From the NCBI GenBank assembly GCA_964016885.1, contig OZ024747.1, positions 22,568,001 through 22,632,000 on the forward strand: a stretch of DNA of 64,000 bases, written 5' to 3'. The notes under the pieces are model-generated. The model had not been told where the DNA came from and did not search any database. It saw only the letters and a list, made by a program, of their open reading frames with translations. The stretch is from Eledone cirrhosa (lineage: Eukaryota). Positions 12,002 to 26,100 of the stretch are shown in pieces (the stretch's first letter is position 1; each line of letters begins with the position of its first letter). Both the position numbers and the translations under genes were made by a program.

Positions 12002-12328
12002 CACACACAGAAATGTATATATATTTCTGCAGAAATGTATATATGTTTCTGTAGCACTCCTCAAGTCCCCCCTCTCTCCCTCCCGCTATCCCCCTCTTGT
12101 AGTCTGTCTCTTTCTTTCACTCTCTCTCTACGCGTGCGCAAAAACCATTCGCGCGCACGCACGTGTTTTAGCGTCTATTCACTCTCTCTCTCCCCCTCTC
12201 GTAGTCTGTCTCTTTCTTTCACTCTCACTCTCATTCTATGCGTGCGCAAAAAACATTTGCACGCTCACACGTGTTTCCACTGTCGGACAGACAGACAGAC
12301 AAATTGCTGGTTATATATTATAAGGAGA
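11811..12328 (-). mobile_element. Second Helitron-like element abutting the first
   Basis: Minus strand starts TCTCCTTATAATATATAA..(tctg)n and ends gggcggttttctgTTAG. Confidence 0.45.
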
Positions 12329-12358
12329 TATAAATATAAAATATATACACATATATAT

Positions 12359-12404
<46 letters not shown>

Positions 12405-12654
12405 CTGCTACAACTCTTCTCACGTGCTTGTATTGCAAATGCAAGAACTATTTCTAAACCGAACTTTGTAAGCCTCTTTGCTTGGATGGCATCTTTAACC
12501 TCCTGATTGAACTAAGGGGTCCTCTTGACATCTAACACCACACTAAGTACTACTGCATTTAATAACTGAAGTAGGTCTTCAAGAAAACGTGAGAGTATTG
12601 CCATGAAGTGTATGCTTGTTTCATAGACCTCGAAAAGGCATATAATCACCTTCA

Positions 12655-12825
12655 TACCATATTTCCCGGCGCCGAAGATGCTTCATCTCGAGGACACAGC
12701 CTAATTTTGACAACCAAAAATTTGCAAAAAAATAATAAACAAACTTCAACCTCTAGGACATATGGTAGATTTTTGAGACTTATTTTAGGAAAAAAGTAGC
12801 ATCTTTGACACCAGGAAATATGGTA
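12655..12825. mobile_element. pogo/Tigger-like MITE
   Basis: TA-flanked TIRs taccatatttcccggcgccgaagatgc / gcatctttgacaccaggaaatatggta. Confidence 0.7.
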
Positions 12826-12879
12826 AGTTATGGGGTTTCTGGGCAGATTTTCAAACTGATTAGGGCTTTATCAAATCAT

Positions 12880-13535
12880 GAACTGAAGGTTGTCTTGAAT
12901 GACCAGTTTTCTAGGTCTTTCCACATTAATGCAGGGATCCCACTAAATTTTCAGCAATAATCTTCCCGGTGAGATACTTTCTCAGCTTGGAGTCTATGCT
13001 GATGACACAACTTTCTATTATTGTTTTAAGTCTGGTATGTTTAATAAAGTTGAATTGACAGGTGATTTTATATGACCTTTGATGTATTGTTGATTAGGTC
13101 AAGAAATAGCTTCTTATCTTTAACCTGTTGACTGCTACAGTTGATGTGTTGGGTTCTTTTCAGTAAAATGACTATTTTTTGAAACAAACATTTATTAATA
13201 ACACATATCTGAATGATTGACAAACATCACATCAATAAACTAGTAACTCCATCTAGCTTTGAAGTTATGAAGTGTTGGAAACAAATTCATAACTTTGAAA
13301 TTATGAACAGAAAAGAATTCAAACAAGTTATGACGAGTTATCTCGTCAGTGGCACTGGAATGTATACATGTTAGGATGAGTTATCTTGTTCACGGCACTG
13401 AAGAAGTTAATGCATCTAAGACTTAACTGCTATCTTTTAATCACCATAAAGAATCACTTCTGTCTTCCATTAGTATGGCTGATCATAGCTTCCAAAAGAA
13501 CAACTCTAAACACCTTCTTGGTCAACATTTTACGC
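12880..13535 (+). mobile_element. Decayed CR1/L2/Jockey-group LINE RT fragment, interrupted by a TTAA-flanked insertion (~13120-13410)
   Basis: KVVLN..S.SFHINAGIP...LGVYADDTTFY...LLIF|NASKT.LLSFN; the frame resumes after the second TTAA. Confidence 0.7.
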
Positions 13536-13819
13536 AAGTCTGCTGCCCAGTAAGTTGGTTCACTATCATGCCAAAAGATTTTTCACACTTAAAAAAACCT
13601 ATCATTATAAATCTACCATTCATTCTTGTATTGAATAATTGTTTCTACTTTAGGCACAAGGCCAGCAATTACCCAGTGCATTACTGGTACTTTATTTTAT
13701 CGACCCCGTAAGGATGAAAGGCAAAGTCAACCTCGGCGGGATTTGAACTCAGATCGTAAAGGGACGTAACTATGCTGAAAAGCATGGCGTCCGACCCTCT
13801 ACTGATACTGCCAATCCAC

Positions 13820-14229
13820 CCAGTCCAACCTCAGTGTGGCAGCCCATTTAACCCATGCAAGCATGGAAAATTGATGGTCTTTCTTGAGCCTGAAGGCTCA
13901 CCAGCCGGTGCTTATCCCAACTCATCAGAACAATTCTTGTGAAAATATAAGAAACAATGTTTATACGGTGTGGATCTTAAGATGCACGGCAGAAGCACCA
14001 GTCCAGATGTGGCAACATTATTCAATACAAGAATGTTGCCACATCTGGACTGGTGCTTCTGCCGTGCTTCTTAAGATCCACACCGTATAAACATTGTTTC
14101 TTATATTTTCACAAGAATTGTTCTGATGAGTTGGGATAAGCACCGGCTGGTGAGCCTTCAGGCTCAAGACCATCAATTTTCCATGCTTGCATGGGTTAAA
14201 TGGGCTGCCACATACTGAGGTTGGACTGG
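13820..14229. repeat. Near-perfect long inverted repeat (~200-bp arms, 12-nt loop)
   Basis: 13820-14019 vs 14032-14229 differ by one substitution and two small indels by eye. Confidence 0.95.
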
Positions 14230-14534
14230 CTAGGTGACTACATCTAGCTTGTACACCTTTGGCTTGGTTTCTACAGCTGCATGCCCTTAATTTCAACCAT
14301 ACTACAGCACCCACTGAGAGCATTATACCATAACTCTAGCAAGACCAACTTAAAGTGTACTTGGGTGTTTTTCATCGTGTCACCAGCACTACCACCTTAC
14401 AGGACAGATTGGATGTTTTTGTCATGGCACCAGGATGGAATAGGTGAATTTTCTTGTGATATCAGCACTACCACATTACATGATCCATTGTTCCATATAG
14501 TGATATATCAGAAGTAGATTAGAAAAATAACAAA

Positions 14535-14830
14535 GCAATGCACAAAAATGCCTTGTTCTATCCTGTGGTGTTTGGGGCATTCGGTGGAGTTGGGCCACTG
14601 ACAGCGAAATTCTTGTCTTCACTGGCAGCTCACCTTACTGAGGTGTCAGGTGATGCCTGTGAGGGTGCCTGGTTATTTCAGTACCTTAGCCTCACCATCT
14701 CCCGTGGTAATGCTGCGAGTGTGTTGGCTTGCCTGAAAGTGTGCAATTAACCCCCAAGGTGCGAGATGTTGCCGCACTTGGTGGTGAATTTTTGTTTACA
14801 TAATTTGTGCTATTAGTGTAAACAATATAT
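14535..14830 (+). mobile_element. CRE-like non-LTR retrotransposon 3' fragment (REL endonuclease end)
   Basis: FYPVVFGAFGGVGP..AKFL..LA.....SGD..E..WLFQYLSLTISRGNAASVL matches the CRE-clade C-terminal pattern. Confidence 0.7.
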
Positions 14831-15762
14831 ATAAATATCTACTTCTAGATCAACACCTGCTAAGATTTGTAGATAAATAAATAGTAACTTTATCAAAACA
14901 TTAATACTTATTTAGCTTATGTCAGGTCACTTATGAGTGCTAACTGGTAACATTTAACCCAGTACAACCTGTTGCATTATTGGATCATTGGTAACTAAAC
15001 TGGTAACCCCACCAAGCTGGCTTGGTGAGGAGGGTGATTTTTGGACACCCTGTGGGATGTAAGACAAAACCTGTCAAAGAGCAGAGGAAATAATTGTTTC
15101 TACTTTTGGCACAAGGCCAGCAATTACCCAGTGCATTACTGGTACTTTATTTTATCGACCCCATAAGGATGAAAGGCAAAGTTAACCTCAGCGGGATTTG
15201 AACTCAGACCATAAAGGGCCGTAACTCTTAGGAAATAATTGTTTCTACTTTTGGCACAAGGCCAGCAATTACCCAGTGTATTACTGGTACTTTATTTTAT
15301 CGACCCCATAAGGATGAAAGGCAAAGTTAACCTCGGCGGGATTTGAACTCAGAATGGCAAGGGCTGTAACTATGCATCAAAGCCTGACGTCCGACCCTCT
15401 ACCAATACTGCCAATCCAGCCAGGATTAGCTTAACCATTTCGCATTTAAACCGGCCATAATTCTCTCACCTCTTTCTGTTCAAACTGGCTGTAGCTGGTC
15501 ACTTATACTTAAGTTAAGATACTGTTCTCAAAATAAATAATATCAAAATCTCATAGATTCGATATTATGCAAGATAAAACCTTTACCACGAAAATACTAT
15601 AGTAAATATAGAGTAATGTAAATGTTAAAGGGTTAACATTACCAGAAACCTTAAAATATTGCATCAAATATTATAAGATTTAAATCAGTAAATCTTCAAT
15701 AGCTGTTTACTATAACATTCAACCAATTAACTTACTTCTCAATTATTTGATAGAGAGAGAGA

Positions 15763-15866
<104 letters not shown>

Positions 15867-16079
15867 ATGAAAACATATAGACAGAGATAGGAGGAAACTT
15901 TTATTAAAAGAGCTAAGTTGGATCTGAATTCACATCCCTTGATTAACGACTGCTTCAATATTTTATGTAACAAGCTAATAAGCTGCGCACCCACTTACTC
16001 CATGTTCTGTCTATGATTTTATTATAAACATACATGTGTGCATATCTATATCTTTTCAGCTGTTTTATATACACACACA

Positions 16080-16340
16080 CATCATCTGCCATGAAGGTAT
16101 AAAGAACTTTGAGAAATCTCGTCTAGCCCACCTCTGTGACATAAGATCTGACACCAGAGTCTGGTCAGGCATTCCAGCCTGCTCTCTTCAAGATCCTGTC
16201 ACCTGCACCAAATGCAGATTGATGTGTAAATCAGCAGCTGGATTGAAGTGCCATTTGAGGCATAAACATAAAACAATGAACTGAAAAGACTGTTGAAATC
16301 CCCCCCCCATACATTGAATCGACGGGAGAGTCCATCATAC
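16080..16340 (+). mobile_element. RTE LINE 3' end with C2H2 zinc finger
   Basis: CTKCRLMCKSAAGLKCHLRHKH then stop, as at RTE C-termini. Confidence 0.55.
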
Positions 16341-16651
16341 ACATACACACACACGTGAATATACTGGAATGTATTTATGCATGCCTATATCTCTGTTTGT
16401 GCATCTGTGAAAATAAAAATTAAAAACAATCATAAAGCATGAAAGAGTTGATATGAACCAAGCTTTCTTTATATATTGCTTTACTGGATAAGCAAAGAGC
16501 TTACAGCAGCAGTCTAATAAGGTGGCTTTTAATTACAAGACAATAATTGAAATCCACCAACTAGACTGGCTCTCATAAAATGTACAAAACATCAATTATT
16601 ACCACAGAAAATATTACAAGATCTGTTCAAAGCTTTTGATTCTTTTTTTTT

Positions 16652-16664
16652 TTTATTATTTATT
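16652..16664 (-). terminator. Tandem AATAAA candidate polyadenylation signals for USP14
   Basis: Two TTTATT on plus (16652, 16659), ~380 nt after the stop; the adjacent genomic A-run could confound mapping. Confidence 0.4.
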
Positions 16665-17038
16665 TTCATTCAATTTGCTGTTGGTAGTAGTAATTTTGTT
16701 GCTGTATATAAATGTGTGAGGTTATAAATGTATTGTGGCTGTAAGTGATGGTAATTTTGTTAGATTTATGTTGGGTTATAAATGTGTTGTAGATGTTCTT
16801 GCTTTTAGTGGTGGTGATTTTGTTAGATTTATAAATGTGTTGTAGCAGTTCTTGTTCTTGCTGTTAGTGATGGTCATTTTGTTGCTGTTAGATTAATAAA
16901 TGTCCATGTGTCACACATTTTGATGCTCACAGGTTATAGACAGAAAATAAAAAGACAAGAAATATATGTATTTCCCTTAAAATTGATAAGCAATTCTTAA
17001 TATTGTAGAAGCTTTCTGCTTGCCAGCATTCCAGCGAC

Positions 17039-17103
17039 CTAGTTCTTTTTCTGTTTAAATGGCCGTGGACCATATAAGAGTACATAGGCACAATGCCAGT
17101 CAC
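17039..17103 (-). CDS. USP14: USP14 exon 18 (last coding exon)
   Basis: GDWHCAYVLLYGPRPFKQKKN*. Confidence 0.95.
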
Positions 17104-20100
17104 CTGTAGAGAAACCAAAATACAAATTAAACATTGAAGAAAACAGTGGATTAAAGTATCATCATCCTCATCATTTAATGTCCGTTTTCCCTGATAGCAA
17201 GGGTTGAACAGATAGTCACAAACCAAAACAGTACCTAAGTGAAGCTATTGAGCTCTCAGTTGGGCCAGGGCTGTGCATCTCGCTTACATATATTCCTGTG
17301 CTGAGTTTGATAAAGCTGAAGAATCCCCTTGACCCATTATATAACAGAAATGTTTGGGGGGGGGGGGGGGGGGGGGTTACAGCTTATTAACCAATTCATC
17401 AAGAATACTTATTCACACTAAATGGTAAAATGTGAAATGGGACTGGTCCAGTTGACCAGAGAAACCTAGGCCATAATACCATACTTTATTTTAAAGCATG
17501 GTATCCCACTCTAGAAGACATAAATATTACAAACTGCCCAAGACACATGCACAGATAAAACACACACACACATTGATTGCCCATACAATGGGCATCAACC
17601 AAATTCACTCATGAGGCATTTGTCAGCCAGACAATATAACAGAAGATATTAATACCCAGGGTGGTATGCAGTGAAATAGAACCCAAAACCATGTGGCTGT
17701 GAAGAGAACTGCTTAGTCCCATAGCCATGTTGGCGCGTGCACACGCACACACACACATACACACCATCAGTAACACTGTTTTACATCAATTTTCCATGCT
17801 AGTATGGATTTTCACCCAAGAAAATATGAAATATATTGTTACGTACCACCACCAGATAACTTCATGATGTTTTCTGACGAAACAACCCGTACGTCATCGT
17901 CATCAAACATTAGCCAAGAATCTAGAAAAAACATCAATAATTTACATTAAAAATACAATCTTAATTTTTAAAACAATATTATTTAATAACTACCAAATAC
18001 TCTAGACTAAACTTATAAATCTCACCGTATTACTTCTAATCCTTATTTGACTGGAGTATTTTTCATAAATATCAATAAATTTAACAAAATTATATTTTCC
18101 ACAAACATTACAATTGAAACTTGTTCAGCACCTTCTCTCCACAAGATATCCCTACATTCCAGTGAATTCTTATTTTACGAGTGCTTTCAATATTACTACA
18201 TAATGGTTTCTAATTTTCACAAAAGGCCAGCAATGTTATGAAAGGGAAATTCATTGTATCAACCCCAGTATATGACTGGGATTTTATTTTATCAATGCCG
18301 GAAGAATGAAAGGCATAGTTGACCATGGCAGGATTTGAACTCAGAATGTAAAGAGCTCTAACTAAAAGTTACAACACATTTTGTACAACGCCCTAACAAT
18401 TCCACCAATTATTACATAATTTAGAGATGACTACAACAGTATGTAAGGCGTCAAATTGGTAATCGTTAGAATGTCACATAGAATGATTTGCGGTATTTGT
18501 TCCAGCTCCCTTACACTTTGAGTTTAAATCTCTTTTGAGGTTAATTTTGTCTTTCATCCTTTCGAGGTCATTAATTGGGGCCAATTCTTTATATCCCTTT
18601 CTCACTTATTCCCCCTCACTCTGTGTTCTACCAGGTTTAAAACGCCAAACAGGTGTCCTTATGACTCCATCAAGGTCCATACAAAATTATATGATATACA
18701 TTCTTTCCTTTGATTTTTGCATGTTTTACATGCACTGGCTTTATCTTGAGTAAAATACAGCTTTCAGCAGGTTCACTTCATGAGCAACTTTCTTACCAAT
18801 TTTACAATAACACCCAATACTATATTGATACAAGCCAGCATTGAAGCTTTAATGGAGTTGCTCAATGCTCAACCTACTAGAAATAGCAGTCAAAGCTACC
18901 TCACATCACACGCTACCATCATAAAAAACACATAGGATAATATGATCCTCTATACATTATGCTTGAAAAAACAAGCAAAACAAAGTGTGGTTATGAGTGG
19001 ATTGTTTGGTCAAAGCTGACCAGGGCTAAACAACAATAACTGTTGGTAATTACTAAAAAGAAAAAAAAAAAAAATTGTTTTAAAGCACTTGGTTAACTAT
19101 GAGGCTGTTTTCTGTTATACTTTTTATATTGTCTTTCTCATGCTACTATCATCATCATTGCTCATAACGAGGATTGGCTGGTCATTACTCAGGTGGAGCC
19201 ACCAACCTCATTGATGAGCCAGGGGCTTGCCTATAGCTTACATGCATTCCCACACTCTACTGAGTGCATATTTATATTGCAGTACAAGCACCAGGGAGAT
19301 TGTCATGCCATGTCTTTGACACAGCTAAAGACTCCACCCAACCATTTGTTAGGTTTTCTAGGTACGGATACTCTTCTTACCACCAACCACTATCTACAGT
19401 TCAGAAAAGTTCCATATTATGTGCAGTGCCAAACTAACAACATTCACTGAGTGATATATTAACTTCAAAAGAAATTGTTGGATTATTTTGGCATATTTTA
19501 TATAACATAACTTTGGTTGGTCTCGCTTGGATTCAGCAGGATCATTTGGAGATAGTTGTTTCTGATAGGACCCTCTGTCCCAACAACCCTCTCAACGAAA
19601 AGAGGTGGAAGAGTAGAAGAATATTATAGGATGCCTGTTCCTTGCTTATATGTTCCATTTTGTCGTGGTGTCTACAGCTGGATGCACTTCACTGGGTTCA
19701 TTTTCTCGTGTCACCAACACTACCACCTGACAGGGTGAACTTGCTGCATTTTTATCAGCACTACCACTTTACAGAGTGGGCTGGATGCATTTTATCATGC
19801 CACCAGCACTACCACTTTCCAGTGTGGGCATATAACAATGATACTACGACACTACATGTTTATGGTAGCTATTTATTTGTTGCCTGCAATAGTTTGACTG
19901 GTACACAGCAGATTTAATATATGACCAATCAACCAATTTTTATAGCAGAACCAACAACATAACACAGCCAATTGAAATTGTTTTCAGTAGTTAAAAAGGC
20001 AACAGGTTAGTGAATGTAGGGTCTGTTAAAAATAATATGTACCATTAAAGATTAACCTTTTCATTAACATATTTCTAATGCAAGACACTACTCATGCGTT

Positions 20101-23100
20101 TCAAACAGAGAATTTAGACAGGTTTAGTAAAATACCTAACTTTTTCATTATTAAATTAGTGTTTGTAACATAACAAAAGTTCTTACATAAAATTATGCAG
20201 GAAAGTTTTAATTTAAATATAAACAATGTAAAATGAGAGATTTTATATCATAGAATCATGAGCAATCTCAGGCGAGTTGATGTCTAAAGGGTTGAATCCA
20301 CAAAACAATAGCAGCAAACTTACCAGCTTCCTTCCGAATCCATGCTACATAATGTCCACTGGCACTTGAACGACCTTTATGTGTTAGTACAGCCTTCAGT
20401 TCATAGAAGCCACTATTGTTAGAACCTTTGTCTGCAAAAGAAGATAATTATAAAATTGCTTTCTTGCATAGATACATAGGTCTCAGATTTGTAGGATAGG
20501 AAAATAAGATGTTATAAAATGAGATTCATTCTCTCAGAACATTAGCTTGCTGTCTTAGCATTGGGAGATATTTAACAGTTAAGTTCAGCTTTTATTGCAT
20601 CCTAACCATTTACATAGGTGCACCATATCCCTGAATTGTAAGAAGTGACAAAAAAGGTTAGCATGAAGGTAAGAATCTGGCTGTAAAATATTGTATCAAA
20701 AAGTCCCATCCAACCTATGCCAGCATTTAATAAAGCTGTCCTCACAAGTCAATGAGTGAGATTCTATACAGTTGCTCAACATAATAGAAATTGCAGCAAA
20801 ATCTCCCTCAAATCATACTACAACAATTAAAAGGGATACTCTCAATAATATTTATGGGAAAATGTTTGGGATTATCATGACTGGAATGCCTTTGATAATA
20901 GGTGTGTTCAATCAAGGTTAACCCAAGTCTAAACAAAAAAAAAAAACATAGTAAGTCTTTCAAATAGGCACAAAGTTTAAAGGGAATATAGTGCTACAGA
21001 TATTTGGCCGATTTTAATGAACATGTACACAAATTAAGTCCTACAATAATTATTTAAACCACATCAACATCACCGTTTTGTCTGTTTTCCACACAGGCAT
21101 TGGTAAGATGGCTTGTCACGATGACCATATCTTGCTGATATGTTCTATATTTGGAATGGTTTCTACTGCTGGATGTCCTTCCTAACACTAAATACATTAC
21201 AGAGTGGACTGGGTGCATTTTAGTGTGACATTAACAACACTGATTTATAGAGTGGACTGTGTGCAAGAAATAAGAAAACACTGCAAGAACTAAAATGAAA
21301 TAAAATTCACAAAATGTTTGTTCATAAAGAACACTTTTCATACAAGTTTCACATACCATCAGAGAAAGAATATGATTCAGCGTTTTGATCCACTTTTTCT
21401 TCTTCTTCTTCTTCTACTTCTACTTCTTGTTTGTCATCGCCTTTTTTAGATTTATCCTGAAGAAATCCACAAAAAATATCAAGTCAACACAATTAGTGGC
21501 CAGGCGCACATGTAGTAATGCCATTATTTCCTAATTAAAGATTCAACAATCGTCTCTACAAGATGGAATAGTTTAAACACAACATAAGAGCCCACAGATC
21601 ATGTAGCTAATATTTATAAGGATACTAAAGAATAACAAATAAAAATGAATAAGGAAAAATGTTCTACACTTATAAGTGTGTTTCCGGTTTAGAATAGATA
21701 TACTGTATCCTTGCATATCATACGAGGTAACCAATAGGGTGGCCCTAGGAAGGTCATCTAGTTGTAAAACATTACTTCAAAAAGGACCCCTACTATATCA
21801 GGGAAAAATTGCTTTAAAATACTTGCTGCTACTTCTAAGTACAGAATCTGAAAGTCAAGCAATTTCTTTCCTTTTCATGAATTATTAAGGATTCTCAAAT
21901 AAAATGTGAAATTTCTGAAACATTCATTTACTTTATTTCAAAATGTATAATAGCTAGCAGTAATTTCATTAAAGTAGTATGACTGTCTTTATGCCTTGCT
22001 GTGAAGGCTAGCACTGGACAAAATATATTAGATATTCATACAATAAAATGTAGGGTACTTTCTTGTTTCAGATACTATTTATGTAAAATTAATATCAAAT
22101 CGTAAATTTTGTCCAGATAGTTAGAGGAGAAAAAAAAAACAAGAAAATAATTAAATTTAGACTGAAACCACATTAAACTCCATGATTTGAAACTATTTGT
22201 TTTAAAATGCTTATATTTATAAACAAAAAACCTTCCTGCTTAAAAATGAGAAAGTTAGTTATATTAATAAATTCTTGATGATTTCTAAAATTTATTAAAA
22301 AATTATAAGCAGTGTACTTCATTAGAAATGTGGTATTGAAAGGGGTAAACTCAGAAGAAATTGATAAAGAATTGATCTGACCTTGCTCGAATTTTCTGCT
22401 TTTCTATCCGGAGGTTGATATTTTTCACGAGCTACTATCAATTTCTGTCGTAATTCTTTAGTACATAAGGTATAGACATCAAGATTGAATGGAAACTTGA
22501 CATCCTGCAATTCAATGAATTAAAAAGACAAATTTATTTAATAAATAAGACAATTTGCTGGCTTATTGAATCATATCTAACTATTGCTAGCAAAGAAAAC
22601 AGACATTAACCCTTTAGCACTTACATTACTCTACATTTACTACTGTATCTTTCACATAATATCGAATCTACAAGATTTTGATGTTATTTATTTTGAGAAC
22701 AATACCTTAACGTCACTATGAGCAGCTGGCTTGAACAGAAAGAGGTGAGAGAATTCTGGCCTGATATGGCTTAAATGCTAAAGGGTTAAAGAATGATGAT
22801 GACAGAATTCTTGGTAATATAAGAAAGGATATTACCAAAAAGACAAATAAGAGTAGGGTAGAAAAAAAAAAAGAAAAAAAAAAAAAAAAAGAGAGACAAG
22901 CAAACAAAACTAGAATACAATAGAATACTGGTTTTTTGTAAGTGCCACATTCTCTTTGTGCCAAGCCTCTCAGCATATTATTTAGTAAATACACATGAAA
23001 AAATGGAAAAAGAATTTTCATTAAAAGTCTTAATTTAAGGAGCATGGGATCAATGGTCAGTTGTTCTTTGCTAAATGCTAAATCGAAACCACTCAATGTG

Positions 23101-26100
23101 GGAGTCAGACTCTGCCAATGGTGCAATATTTACGCCAACTCTTACCTATAGAGATGAACGAGATTGATATTAATACAGGTGAGTAAGTCACAGAAAGAGA
23201 ATCACAGATGATCAATTAGCCTGCTTTTGTTATTTTTATATTTTTACTGACATCTCCATCCAATAAATGATGTGAAACTCATAATGAAGAGCATCATATG
23301 AAACACTCTCCTCATAACTTGAAATTTTAAAAGCAGCTTCTACTGAATTATTGTTTATCATTATCTGAACTGTCTTGTTGGCAGAATCATTAAAGTGTTG
23401 GACGAAATGTCCTCACAGTATTTAATCATGGCAGTTCACTTTCTGAGTTCATACATATTCTGCTGAGGTAAAATTTGTCTTTCCTTCCGACGTTGATAAA
23501 ATAAAGTACAAGCCAAGTTGAGGTCGATATAATAGACTTCCCCCTCTCCATAAAATTGCAGCCTAAAAAACTATTATCTACTTTAAAGAATGTCAAGAAG
23601 ATTTTACACTATATATTTTTCTATAACATTAATGGATAACATACCTCTTTTCAAATGACCAAGTCAAGTAATTAGCTTTTGCTGGTGATCAGAAACATCT
23701 ATCAATAGCTGACCAGTTCTACTATATTCTAAATAAATTAGCAGGATCCCACTACAACTTTTATTTTGGCCACAAGCACATACAGAGTTCAGTGGATTCA
23801 GCACTGAAAGCTAAGAACCATTTGTTACTGCTTCCAACAATTGTGGTACAGCTGGACAGGAGTCACTTGAGAATTAAGAGTTGTAAACACATACACAATG
23901 CAGAACCAATGATCAGATACAAACTGATATCTCAAGTTGGTTGTTTCTTGTTTTATTAACACAGTAAAGGAAGACCAAAGAAGAACAGGGCAGAAGTGGT
24001 GACAGTTGATCCCAAGTCACTGAGATTCAGTGGAAATGACAAAAGAATGCAACAAATTGAGGGATACTGTGTTGGAGAGGACCCAAGCAACTCACACAAG
24101 CATGAACAAATGCCTGCAAGATTATGATCTTAGTTTTCTTTCTCTCACACAAACATAATCTATAACAAATTTAAACATACACAATTTTAAAGCAACGTAA
24201 AACATAATTTAAAACAATGTAAATAAAAAAAAAAACTTTACCTTTAGAATTTTTGCATTTATTGATTCCTTTTCTTTGAAAAAGAACCTAACAAACTGGA
24301 TAGATAAATAGCCAGGTAATCGATTGATTTTACTCTAAAAATAGAAAAAAGAAACTAAATAAATATAAAAAATACACAAACATTGCTAAAATTAAAAATG
24401 TATCCATAACCCATTAATATTTACTATTATATTTCCATGGCAAATACTTTACTTCACATATCAAATCTGAGATTTTGATATTATTTATTTTGAGAACAAT
24501 ACCTTAACATCAGTAAGAGTGGCCAGTTACAGCCGATTTGAAAGAGGTGAGAGAATTCTGGCCAGATACGACCAGTTTAAATGCTATTATTTATATTACA
24601 CGTTTTTCCCTATGCCATGTTTTTTTAGTTTGTATGATATATACATTGAAAGTAGGAATAATACATTCCTTCAAATAATTAGAGTAACTAAATGCAATAT
24701 TTTCCAACTCATCTCAAAACCATATATTTGCATGTGGTAACACCAATTCTCTTTTTACAGCTTTCAATTATTTATATTTTATAAATGGTCAAACATTTTT
24801 TATAGATGATTTACTTTTATAAATCTGACAATATAGCGAAACCCTTGTAATTACAGCCTACTAGGTGTTTTCTGGTGAACAGCCAACATTTAAAATCAAT
24901 AGATACTGCTTTAAGAAACTCATTTACATTGATATAAAATTATTACTTGGTTCCAGAATTAGTAGCATTAAGTAAATAAGCAATAAATCTTGCTAACTCT
25001 TGGACAGAATTTCAGTATATATACATAAGAGTAACATCAAATCACAAAACCATTAACTAATGTAAAATTAAGTGCCCTGCATATAAAGACATGTAAAGAC
25101 CTGCAATGGGTATGATGACTTTATCGCCAGTGAAGTAGTAGTTACAGGGACACAAGTAATGTGCATGCCGACTTCATTGACAGTGTAGTAGTAGTCTAAC
25201 GTTTTATATAATAGGCTCTTTTCATTTCTAACACACGTTATCATCGTTTTTCCATGCTTGCATGGGTTGGACAGGTCTTTCTCAGTATGGCATCTATCCA
25301 CTGGTCACGTTCCTTTGTTGCCATCTCCGAGTCTCAGCAATTTGAGGTCAACTACCACAACTTCTGCCAAGTCTTTCTTGATCTACCTCTACTGTGGCTT
25401 CCTTCCACTGGGATTTCTTAGCATTTCTTCACTCAGTGATCATTGTTCATGTGCATCACATGTCCATACCAATGTAGTCTTCTCTCCTGCACACCACTTT
25501 GGATTCCTCTTAAACCCACCTTCTCCCTCAACAAGTCAAAGCTCTGCCTTTCTCCCACACTTACATTGCACATCCAACAAAGCATGTTTGTTTCATTTCT
25601 CTCCAGTCTATGCATATCCTCTGCAGTCACAGCCCATGTTTCACTAACATCACACTTCACACAGTCGTCCTTTTGTGGACAACAGCGGTAGTAAACTTTT
25701 TCCATCCTATTCTTATTCTAGCTATTATCTCAGAACACCCTCCTCCACTGCTAATGAAGTCACCTAGATAGCAGAAGCTAACAGCCATTTGTGACTAGAA
25801 AAAGTTTACCTCACTGGCGCTCATCCTCTCGATTACTCCTGTGCACCTTCTACATACAAAGTCTTCCCTTCCTGTTAGTCTACCCATTATCCCATTACAT
25901 CTCTTGTGTACCCAAGATTTACTTTGTGTACATTGTATAGAGTTTATTCCTACTCCTTTTCTACATATTGAGCAGAACCACTTCCCTGGAGGAATCAGGA
26001 TCCTATCTTCTCTCCTACTCACTAGCACATTAGTTTTAACTAAGTTCACTTTCAGACCCTTTGATTCCAAATTCTGTTTCCATAGTTGGAACTTATTTTC

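Noticed and set aside
11742-12457. 188-193 aa ORFs
   Set aside because: Microsatellite and Helitron-internal repeats; no protein motifs.
17356-17376. G21 run (also G14 at 45997) as a G-quadruplex
   Set aside because: Simple homopolymer, C-rich on the transcript strand, with unreliable assembled length.
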